Shown in pieces: positions 19,066 through 26,681 of a stretch of 64,000 nt of DNA. This DNA comes from an uncultured Candidatus Saccharibacteria bacterium. GTDB lineage: Bacteria; Patescibacteriota; Minisyncoccia; Phycocordibacterales; DSPV01. A program made the position numbers and the translations under genes. The notes under the pieces were generated by a model. The model was given only the letters and a program-made list of their open reading frames with translations. It ran no database searches and had not been told where the DNA came from. Positions within the stretch are counted from its first letter, which is position 1. Each line of letters starts with the position of its first letter. The stretch spans positions 138,338 through 202,337 of the forward strand of contig CAZTXT010000001.1 in assembly GCA_964617735.1 (NCBI GenBank). The letters are read 5' to 3'.

Positions 19066-19181
19066 TAGGTGTCCTTTAGCTTCAAGAGATCGTTTTGTGC
19101 TTATTTTTAGGGATACATTGAGATCATGTGGATAAGTTTGTGGATATGTGTATAAAGGACAAGAACGATGTCTTTTAGCTT

Positions 19182-19625
19182 GTGGAAATGGATCGGAATA
19201 GTCCGAGACGGGGAGTGTTTCTAAGTAACCTGATTCACGTGGAAAATATCAACCACATCGACGTTGGTAAAAAAGGAGAAGAGATCGCCTGCCGATATCT
19301 CAAGAGCAAAGGGCATCACATTGTCGAACGAAACTTTCGTAAAAAATTCGGAGAGATAGATATCGTCAGTCGAAAAGGAAATAAGGTTTATATTTGTGAA
19401 GTCAAAACATTCGCGTATGATGGTCGAAATGGCGCGGGATCGCATCGGCCGGAAGACAATGTGACGCCATGGAAGTTGAAAAAACTTTCGCGGGTCGTTC
19501 AGATTTATCTGGTAAAAAAGTTCGGTACAGAATTTCCTGAATGGGAATTTTTAGTCGCTTCGGTGGTGTTGGATATGGAAAGGAGGATCGCGAGAATAAA
19601 GATCATCGCTGACGTGCTGGCATAA
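19182..19625 (+). CDS. yraN: YraN/UPF0102 family putative endonuclease. The track start is GTG; the true start is probably further downstream.
   Basis: GEEIACRYLKSKGHHIVERNFR...GEIDIVSRKGNKVYICEVKT matches the YraN (Holliday-junction-resolvase-like) signature. Confidence 0.7.
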   Translation: MEMDRNSPRRGVFLSNLIHVENINHIDVGKKGEEIACRYLKSKGHHIVERNFRKKFGEIDIVSRKGNKVYICEVKTFAYDGRNGAGSHRPEDNVTPWKLKKLSRVVQIYLVKKFGTEFPEWEFLVASVVLDMERRIARIKIIADVLA

Positions 19626-19668
19626 GCTGCACGCAGCGAGGACTATCGATGAGGAGGATTTGTTGCAA

Positions 19669-19739
19669 CGGGCTGTAGTATAGCGGTAGTATATGTGCTT
19701 TGGGAGCATAAGGTCCGGGTTCGACTCCCGGCAGCCCGA
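19669..19739 (+). tRNA. tRNA-Pro (anticodon TGG)
   Basis: Acceptor CGGGCTG/CAGCCCG, D-stem GTAT/GTAT with G-U pairs, anticodon stem TGTGC/GCATA with loop TTTGGGA (G37 typical of Pro), T-arm CCGGG-TTCGACT-CCCGG. Confidence 0.75.
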
Positions 19740-19842
19740 GCGTTAGAGAGGGATGAGCGAGCAATGGGAGTTGCTCGCAACGGGAGGCGAAGCCCGATTG
19801 AGTTCCGCCGAAGGTGGACCAATCAGGGTACTGAACCGGTAC

Positions 19843-19865
19843 GGTTCGACTCCCGGTAGCCCAAG
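19843..19865 (+). repeat. direct repeat of the tRNA-Pro 3' end (21/23 nt identical to 19718..19740), att-core-like
   Basis: GGTTCGACTCCCGG[C/T]AGCCC[G/A]AG occurs twice, 125 nt apart. The second copy has no complete cloverleaf around it. Confidence 0.45.
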
Positions 19866-20309
19866 AGGCGCAGTGAGCGATTTTTAGCGAAAGAGATCGT
19901 CACCAAAATTCTAAGATTTCTGCAACGTAGTGTTGCTGCCACGGTGAGCGCTAGGCACGAATGGAGAGAAAAATATTTTGTGTTGTTTACGCGGCATGGA
20001 ACGTGGGAGGATGTCAGTGTTGCAACCACTCGTGCACTAGAAAAGTTTAGGGGAGAATCGGGCAAATACTGACTGCGCGTATCGGAGCACTCGCCCCTAT
20101 ACGCTGGTTTCGTTTCTGGAGGGCAGGTCAAAGGGTGTTGGGTAATACTGAAGAGATAATCGTGGGGATTTAGAGAAGAAACCATAGCTCATGCAAGTAC
20201 CGTGCCTATAGAGAACGATTCTTATTTGAGTGAACACCTTCTGTCGACCTTAGAACCTTCCGTAGACCTTAAAAAAGAGTAGTATGGTAGCAATCAAATC
20301 AAAAAACGT

Positions 20310-20918
20310 ATGAGACCGGAACGGGCACTTCGTCAGCTTAATGAGTTGAGAACATTGGGAAATACTATGCGTCTCGCCGCGGATGGCTGGAAAGAGCCAT
20401 GGCAGACGCTTATCGCCATTATCATGTCTGCGCGAACGCGCGACGAAGTGACTATTGCAGTGAGCGAGAGGCTTTTTAAGCGATATCCGACCGTGGAGCG
20501 GCTTGCGCGCGCGAGTCGGGGAGTGATCGAGAAGATCATCCGGCCGGTGAACTTCTACCGCAACAAAGCGAAATCGGTCCTCAACTGTGCGCGATCGCTT
20601 GTCACAAATCATCACGGGCGACCACCTGAGACCGTCGAAGAGCTTGTTTTGCTTCCCGGTGTGGGCCGTAAAACAGCGAATGTTTTTTTGACGGCGAGAG
20701 GGTATGATGCAATCGGAGTCGACACGCACGTTGCATACATTTCCCGAGAGCTTGGTTGGACGAAAAATCGCGATCCACACAAGATCGAAAAAGATCTTGA
20801 AGCGCTGTTTCCTCAACATATCTGGAAAGATGTGAACACGACTTGTGTGCAGTTCGGCAAAACGCATTTGAGTAGGAAAAAGAAAAAAGCGTTGTTGATG
20901 CGTATCCGTTCCCTTTAA
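20310..20918 (+). CDS. nth: endonuclease III-like HhH-GPD DNA glycosylase
   Basis: LIAIIMSARTRDEV (helix before the HhH), LPGVGRKTANVFL, and catalytic Asp in GVDTHV. 202 aa. Confidence 0.85.
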   Translation: MRPERALRQLNELRTLGNTMRLAADGWKEPWQTLIAIIMSARTRDEVTIAVSERLFKRYPTVERLARASRGVIEKIIRPVNFYRNKAKSVLNCARSLVTNHHGRPPETVEELVLLPGVGRKTANVFLTARGYDAIGVDTHVAYISRELGWTKNRDPHKIEKDLEALFPQHIWKDVNTTCVQFGKTHLSRKKKKALLMRIRSL

Positions 20919-20926
20919 ATCATCGC

Positions 20927-21754
20927 ATGCAGTTATCTACTGATACAGTTCAAAAGTTTCAGGATACGATCGCGGCGCACTATCGATTGCGCGGGCGGGT
21001 TTTTCCGTGGAGGAACACGCGCGACCCATATCACATTTTGGTTTCCGAAATCATGTTACAGCAAACTCAAGCGGATCGCGTCGTTCCGTTCTTTGAGCGA
21101 TTCATAAAACTTTTTCCTACGGTGGCCTCGCTGGCCAAAGCGAAACCGCGCACACTCCTGCGCGCGTGGCAAGGACTTGGTTATAATCGCCGCGCGCTCT
21201 ATCTCAAGCGCGCGGCTGAAGCGATACGCACAGAATTCTCTTCCATAGTTCCCCGCACAGTGCACGAATTAGAATCTCTGCCGGGGGTGGGGAAGTACAC
21301 CGCCGCTGCAGTCATGGCATTCGCGTACAGTGCGCCGGTCGCATTTATCGAAACGAATATCCGCAGCGTCTATCTCCATTTCTTTTTTAAAAATAAAAGA
21401 TCGGTCAGTGATCGTGCTATTCTCTCGCTCGTCGAGCAAACGCTTGACCGGAAGAATCCCGGCGTCTGGTATCAAGCGCTCATGGATTATGGCGCTCTTC
21501 TTAAAAAAGAGAGCGGCAATCCGAACCAAAGAAGCAAGCACTACGTCAAACAGGGCGTATTCAAGGGTTCTCGACGTCATGTACGCGGGCGCATCATCTC
21601 GTCTGCGCTCGCCGGTCCCTTGACGGCGCTTGAGATGCGGAAGTTACGAGCAGAGCATGCATTTTCTTCGACTCAAGTGGAGCAGGCGATCGCAGACCTT
21701 GTCGCCGAAGGATTTCTGCGGCGCAAAGGCGCTTCATTCGTCCTCTCCGAATGA
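20927..21754 (+). CDS. A/G-specific adenine glycosylase-like (MutY-like) HhH-GPD protein
   Basis: ILVSEIMLQQTQADRV and LPGVGKYTAAAVMAFAY HhH-GPD motifs. 275 aa. The 4Fe-4S cysteine cluster is not obvious. Confidence 0.75.
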   Translation: MQLSTDTVQKFQDTIAAHYRLRGRVFPWRNTRDPYHILVSEIMLQQTQADRVVPFFERFIKLFPTVASLAKAKPRTLLRAWQGLGYNRRALYLKRAAEAIRTEFSSIVPRTVHELESLPGVGKYTAAAVMAFAYSAPVAFIETNIRSVYLHFFFKNKRSVSDRAILSLVEQTLDRKNPGVWYQALMDYGALLKKESGNPNQRSKHYVKQGVFKGSRRHVRGRIISSALAGPLTALEMRKLRAEHAFSSTQVEQAIADLVAEGFLRRKGASFVLSE

Positions 21755-22035
21755 GCCGTCGATTCAAAAAAACTGTCGAACAATTCTCTTGCGAGCATTG
21801 CGGCGCGTTGGTGGAAGGGAATGGATTCACCAATCACTGCCCAATGTGCCTCTACAGCAAGCACAGCGATATCTTCCCCGGTGATCGGGCAAATCCGTGC
21901 GGGGGATTGATGGAGCCGATCAGCCTTGCGCTTAAACGCGACGCATATATCATTACCCATCGCTGTATGAAATGCGGGCAGGAGAAGAGGAATCGTGCAA
22001 GCGAGACCGACCATATTGAGATTTTGCTTCGCTGA
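21751..22035 (+). CDS. RNHCP domain zinc-ribbon protein
   Basis: CEHCGA...FTNHCPMC...CMKCGQ. Start overlaps the upstream stop (ATGA). Confidence 0.6.
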   Translation: MSRRFKKTVEQFSCEHCGALVEGNGFTNHCPMCLYSKHSDIFPGDRANPCGGLMEPISLALKRDAYIITHRCMKCGQEKRNRASETDHIEILLR

Positions 22036-22061
22036 TTTTCTTCAGGTATAGTAGCGGGGTT

Positions 22062-22132
22062 GCGGGTGTGGTTTAGTGGTAGGACGACTGCCTTCCAAGC
22101 AGTAGGCGCGAGTTCGATTCTCGCCACCCGCA
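22062..22132 (+). tRNA. tRNA-Gly (anticodon TCC)
   Basis: Acceptor GCGGGTG/CACCCGC, anticodon stem ACTGC/GCAGT with loop CTTCCAA, T-arm GCGAG-TTCGATT-CTCGC. Confidence 0.8.
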
Positions 22133-22133
22133 T

Positions 22134-22712
22134 CTAAAATCTCTGGAGTTTTTTGCGTAGGTATTTGCCGACCAGATGTTCGGCGAATCCCGCGATGAGG
22201 ATTATGACGACGAGCCCGACCTCGGCGATCCTGATGTAGTGTCGCAGGAGGACGAACGAAGCAGAGAAGCCGATGCCCAATGCCGCGATGATAATGAACC
22301 AGAATCCGCCAGCAATAGCATCCATCCGGATGAATTGCCGGGGCGTGATGCGCAGCTGATGCATGCGGATGAGTATGAATCGGTGGAGAAAGTAAGCGAA
22401 CTTCGATATCGAGAGGGTTGCGAAGGGCCTTTGAACAATCGCCCGATCGATGAACGGCACCATCTGAGTAATTTTGCGGTGAGGGAGAAATGGCTCGATA
22501 TATCCGCCCAGGTAGTACCAGCCGATATCTCCGATCCACATGCCGGCAAGGGCGGTGACAATAACTAGTCGAAGATCGAGGTAGCCCAGTTCGGCAGAAA
22601 AAATTCCCGCGAGGAGCGCTACTTCGCCTTCCACAGCCATACCTACGAAGAGCACAGAGTAGGCCAGCAGCGGCACCTCGATGAGTTTGTTAAGAATTAT
22701 TGATTCCCACAT
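22134..22712 (-). CDS. dedA: DedA/SNARE-associated family membrane protein
   Basis: Multi-TM. VTALAGMWIGDIGWYYLG matches the DedA signature. 192 aa. Confidence 0.8.
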   Translation of the reverse strand: MWESIILNKLIEVPLLAYSVLFVGMAVEGEVALLAGIFSAELGYLDLRLVIVTALAGMWIGDIGWYYLGGYIEPFLPHRKITQMVPFIDRAIVQRPFATLSISKFAYFLHRFILIRMHQLRITPRQFIRMDAIAGGFWFIIIAALGIGFSASFVLLRHYIRIAEVGLVVIILIAGFAEHLVGKYLRKKLQRF

Positions 22713-22766
22713 CTCTGTTCACGATATCAGACCATTATAGAACGTAATCAGGTGAAGCAAAACACA

Positions 22767-22791
22767 AAACCCCTGCGAAAGCAGGGGTTTT
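22767..22791. terminator. bidirectional rho-independent terminator (AAACCCCTGC-gaaa-GCAGGGGTTT) downstream of hup
   Basis: 10-bp stem, GAAA tetraloop, A-tract before and T-rich tract after. Confidence 0.65.
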
Positions 22792-22812
22792 GTGTAAATG
22801 GGAATCAAGAGT

Positions 22813-23085
22813 TTATTTAACCGCGTCTTTGAGGGCCTTAGCCGCGCGGAACTTCGGCACTTTCATCGCCGGTACCGAGATGGTCTCGCCGGTTCGCGGA
22901 TTGCGCGCCTGTCGGGCCGCGCGTGCCTTGACCGAAAAGATACCCAAGCCCGCGATCGATACCTCGTCACCCTTCTTTAGGGTGCTGACAACAGAATCGA
23001 TCACTGCATCAACCGCCTGTTCAGCCTGCACTTTTGTGCCGCCGATCTTCGCATGGACTGCCTCTGCAATTCCTTGCTTGTTCAT
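22813..23085 (-). CDS. hup: HU family DNA-binding protein (true start at MNKQGIAEAV; the track ORF is 5'-extended)
   Basis: MNKQGIAEAV...GDEVSIAGLGIFSVKARAARQARNPRTGETI is the canonical HU/IHF fold signature. 90 aa. Confidence 0.85.
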   Translation of the reverse strand: MNKQGIAEAVHAKIGGTKVQAEQAVDAVIDSVVSTLKKGDEVSIAGLGIFSVKARAARQARNPRTGETISVPAMKVPKFRAAKALKDAVK

Positions 23086-23363
23086 GGTTGTCTTGTTGAT
23101 ATTAAGCTCGTCGACCCTCAAATGCGTGGATTTCGCGTGAAAACCATCGCCTTGTTTCGGAAACAATTATATAACAGGCCATTTTTTAGGCAACACGATC
23201 AACCGAAGCCTCAAATACAGAAACAATCCCGCTCTTCTGTCAATTTTTTCGACCTTCAGGCGATCGTCGCGCGGTTTTTGTGTGGATTATGTCGCAGAAA
23301 TTAGCGTTCGGTCATGGTATAGTGGTTTTAAGAATCATTTTCATAGAAGATTTCATTCGTTTC

Positions 23364-26300
23364 ATGCATCAGATTCCCCGTGTGGTTCGCCTCGTGCTTC
23401 TAACGCTTTTCCTTGCAAGCGGGATTTTAGGTCTTTTCTCTGTAGCACATGCGGATTGTACCCCTACCTATGACAACTATCTATCCTATGCCCCTCCGCC
23501 GTTTCTACCTCGGCCAATGGCAGCTGGCGTATTCAATGAAACCCTTCGCAATTACAATATGGGCGTTGATGGGTATAGCCGCTACCCCGCTTCCTCATTT
23601 CCCTTGGGGCTATTCGACAGCGCCTTAATAGTAGATTCAAGCGGAAGTTTGGGGTACACCTACGTAGATGGTTTTGGAGTGAGCAATGCCAAATACCGAA
23701 GCACCTGCGGCAGCACCAGCATCAGCATTTCTATTCCTGGCTTCCCCAATACCGTCATTGCAGGCGGGCCGACTATCGTTAACGGCTATTCGACGATTTC
23801 GCAATACATAGACAACAATTTCCGTGATACAGGATCTGACATACAATCACACGCGGGTCTAAATTCCCTCTATGCGATTCCGCAGAACTTCCATTTTTCT
23901 GATGATCCGGTGGTCCAGAATCGCTATGTAGACGGCATCATAGACTATATCCAAGCTAACCATTCTTTTCCGGTAGATATTTCATTTACCCCGGATCCTG
24001 ATTCGACGCCGCCGGAAAGCTATCGCTATACCCGCCATGTCGACGTTCCCGCAACGCTTTGCCCGCATACAGCCCTCATCGCGGTCGGAGGTATTTTCTC
24101 GAAAACAACAGACCCTTTTTTCTCGTTCATGCGTAGTATTTGTCCTGACTCAACCATAAGCATCGCGGGTAATGAGAGCGTTCCGAAGATAACCAAGCGT
24201 ATCAAGGAAGCGATAAACGCTCAGCTTCAGGCAGGAAAAGGCGTCTTGGTGGTTGCACACTCAAAAGGTGCCGTCATCGCCTACAATATTCAGAGCTATG
24301 TCTCGGGAAGAGATGTGAGCTTCATATATATCGATCCGCCCTATGCGAATTTTTGGAGCGGTTTGCCGTTTGCATCAAAGTTCAGTAGTACTGGCGCGGC
24401 AATTAAACTTGCAGCTGAAAGTGGTATTGCCACGGACCTACGCACGATAAATTGGACAAATGGCGCGGGTAGCGGTAAGTCCCATGATCCGTGGTCGTAT
24501 CCCGGGTATGGAAATAACGCGCTGCATCTTAAGGATTTGCGTCGAAAGATAATCCTTACGATCGCAGCAGGGGGCTGTACTGATGCAATCTGTTCTCTTA
24601 CCCCTGGAGCCGCAGTGCCTCCGCTCGATGCGCCTCCTACCATCAATTCGATATCGGCGACGCCGGTTATGCCGGGAGATACCATTACCATCGGGGGATC
24701 GGGTTTCAGCACGACTACGAACGGTTTCTTTATTGAAAATGTCGCTGATCCAAGTATTCACTATGACATTCTCTCCTATCAAATGCCGAGTCCCGGGGTA
24801 GTCACTTTTCAAGTTCCTTTTGCCCCTGAATTTCCTTCCGACACCGTTTTCGGAATGTATCGGGTGAAAGTCAACGCGGCGAACAGTGAATTTTCCAATG
24901 AACTGCAGTTCCCCATAGGATCGCTCACCTCGGCTTCGCCGTCCTTGACCTCGGCTTCGCCGAACTGGGCAGCCCCTGGCTCCTCCTTCTCGCTTTTAGG
25001 GTCGGGTTTTGTGTTGCTCAATAACTCCGTAAAGCTCACCAATGCCGCGCTTGGCGATGATTTTGTTGTCTCCAACATTCCAAGCGACAGCACTCAAACG
25101 CGAATAACCGTTACACTTCCGCCCACCATCCCGCGGGGAACCTACAGTCTTCAGGCCCGCTATCCCTATGCAGACTGGTCTACCGCCCTCTCCTTCACTA
25201 TCGCGAGCACCGCACCGCCCTTGATCAATGCGCTCACTCCGCCGACCGCCGCTCCCGGCGGTAGCGTGGAGCTTGAGGGCCGCAACCTCAAGGCAGGAAC
25301 TGTGGTCACTCTTTCTCATACCGGTTCCTCATCGGTGTTGCTTACCGGAAGCTCGTATAGCGGCGGTAAATACTATGAGATCACTTTGCCGACCACGCTC
25401 ACTCCCGGAGTCTATCAAGTCACTGCGAGCACCAGTGGGGGAGGCACGAGCAATACGCTCAATCTAACCGTCGTTGGCCTTCCGACCCTATCAGTCTCCG
25501 CCGTACCGCTCTTCGTCGCGGGCGGAGACATTTCCACCATTTCGTGGAGCTCCTTCAACGCCGACTCATGCCAAGTGTCCATCAATGGCAACGTCGGAGC
25601 GGTACCCCTCTCCGGCACCGCCACGATCAATCCCTACAGCACGGTCACCCTAACCTTCGCCTGCACCGGTATCGGCGGAACGACAACCCGAAGCGTCACC
25701 ATCACGGTTGTACCTCCGCCGACTATTACGCTCACCGCAAATCCGCTCTCGGTCGCACCGGGCGGGAGCTCCAAGCTCACCTGGAATGCTACTGACGCTA
25801 CTAGCTGCACTATGGCTGCAACCGGAGGCGTCACGGGAGGCTATCCGACCGGCTCTGTCTCTTCGTCCGGCTCGGATACCACCGGCGCCCTCTCGAGCAA
25901 TGCAACCTTCACTCTCTCCTGCTCTGGTATCGGAGGCAAAACCAGTGGCTCTCTCACCATCCTCGTCAGCAATAACCCCTCTCCCGTACCCACGGCACCC
26001 ACCGTTCTCTCACCCAACGGCGGCGAGATATGGGTCAAGGGAGCCACCCAGACCATTCGCTGGAGCACGTCCGGCACAGTAACCGACCTCTATCTTCTGC
26101 AGGGCACGACGACCTACCCTATCGCGACTACGCTAGCCGGCAGTGCCTACTCATGGCTTGTGGGCACCGCGCAGAGCGCCTCCGTTGACAAGGGGTATTA
26201 CAGCATCAAGGCCTGTCAGAGTGGCACGACCCTCTGTGATGTCAGTGACGCACCCTTCGCGATGCGCTCGCCGTCGCCGTTTTCAATCGGGAATCGGGTG

Positions 26301-26615
26301 CAGACGATCGATGACGTATCCATTCTCGCCGATCCCGGAGGTGCAGTGCTGGGCGCCCAACCACTCGGCTCCGCTGGCACCGTCATCGACGGCCCCGTCG
26401 CCATCTATGGACAGCCCAACTACCTCAAGATTGATTTCGATACCGGCATTGATGGCTGGATACCAGAAACGTTTCTGGCAAAGTCCTTGAGCACGGGATT
26501 TCATATCCAGAAAACCCGGGCGATCACCACCCGACGATCAGTATCCGGATGGTATCTGGCCGCAGTCGCACAAGCAGTGCGGTTTCTGGCGCAGCGCTTG
26601 CCTCTCGGGCAGTAG
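23364..26615 (+). CDS. large secreted surface protein (1084 aa). N-terminal alpha/beta-hydrolase (lipase-like) domain with nucleophile elbow VVAHSKGAV, then about 5 Ig-like/IPT repeats and a C-terminal SH3b-like module.
   Basis: Signal peptide MHQIPRVVRLVLLTLFLASGILGLFSVAHA. AHSKG matches the A-H-S-x-G variant of GxSxG seen in Bacillus LipA-type lipases. Repeated PPT/PT-linked beta-rich segments (PTLSVSAVPL..., PTITLTANPL..., PTVLSPNGGEIW...). 5'-extended track start at 23280. Confidence 0.7.
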   Translation: MHQIPRVVRLVLLTLFLASGILGLFSVAHADCTPTYDNYLSYAPPPFLPRPMAAGVFNETLRNYNMGVDGYSRYPASSFPLGLFDSALIVDSSGSLGYTYVDGFGVSNAKYRSTCGSTSISISIPGFPNTVIAGGPTIVNGYSTISQYIDNNFRDTGSDIQSHAGLNSLYAIPQNFHFSDDPVVQNRYVDGIIDYIQANHSFPVDISFTPDPDSTPPESYRYTRHVDVPATLCPHTALIAVGGIFSKTTDPFFSFMRSICPDSTISIAGNESVPKITKRIKEAINAQLQAGKGVLVVAHSKGAVIAYNIQSYVSGRDVSFIYIDPPYANFWSGLPFASKFSSTGAAIKLAAESGIATDLRTINWTNGAGSGKSHDPWSYPGYGNNALHLKDLRRKIILTIAAGGCTDAICSLTPGAAVPPLDAPPTINSISATPVMPGDTITIGGSGFSTTTNGFFIENVADPSIHYDILSYQMPSPGVVTFQVPFAPEFPSDTVFGMYRVKVNAANSEFSNELQFPIGSLTSASPSLTSASPNWAAPGSSFSLLGSGFVLLNNSVKLTNAALGDDFVVSNIPSDSTQTRITVTLPPTIPRGTYSLQARYPYADWSTALSFTIASTAPPLINALTPPTAAPGGSVELEGRNLKAGTVVTLSHTGSSSVLLTGSSYSGGKYYEITLPTTLTPGVYQVTASTSGGGTSNTLNLTVVGLPTLSVSAVPLFVAGGDISTISWSSFNADSCQVSINGNVGAVPLSGTATINPYSTVTLTFACTGIGGTTTRSVTITVVPPPTITLTANPLSVAPGGSSKLTWNATDATSCTMAATGGVTGGYPTGSVSSSGSDTTGALSSNATFTLSCSGIGGKTSGSLTILVSNNPSPVPTAPTVLSPNGGEIWVKGATQTIRWSTSGTVTDLYLLQGTTTYPIATTLAGSAYSWLVGTAQSASVDKGYYSIKACQSGTTLCDVSDAPFAMRSPSPFSIGNRVQTIDDVSILADPGGAVLGAQPLGSAGTVIDGPVAIYGQPNYLKIDFDTGIDGWIPETFLAKSLSTGFHIQKTRAITTRRSVSGWYLAAVAQAVRFLAQRLPLGQ

Positions 26616-26681
26616 GGTCGATTTTTCCAATTTAAAACTCCTGCTTACAAGCAGGAGTTTTAAATTTAGATGGTGAGAATG

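Noticed and set aside
19741-19871. Possible second tRNA or tmRNA/RNase P RNA downstream of tRNA-Pro
   Set aside because: The T-loop-like GGTTCGACTCC is present, but no acceptor 5' strand, D-arm or anticodon arm can be paired. There is no P4/CR-I-type RNase P motif and no tmRNA tag-reading frame. Kept only as an att-like repeat finding.
19823-20185. Minus-strand ORF of 120 aa in the tRNA-Pro/nth spacer
   Set aside because: Cys/Ser/Arg-rich, no RBS, no domain. It spans the att-like repeat and is probably non-coding.
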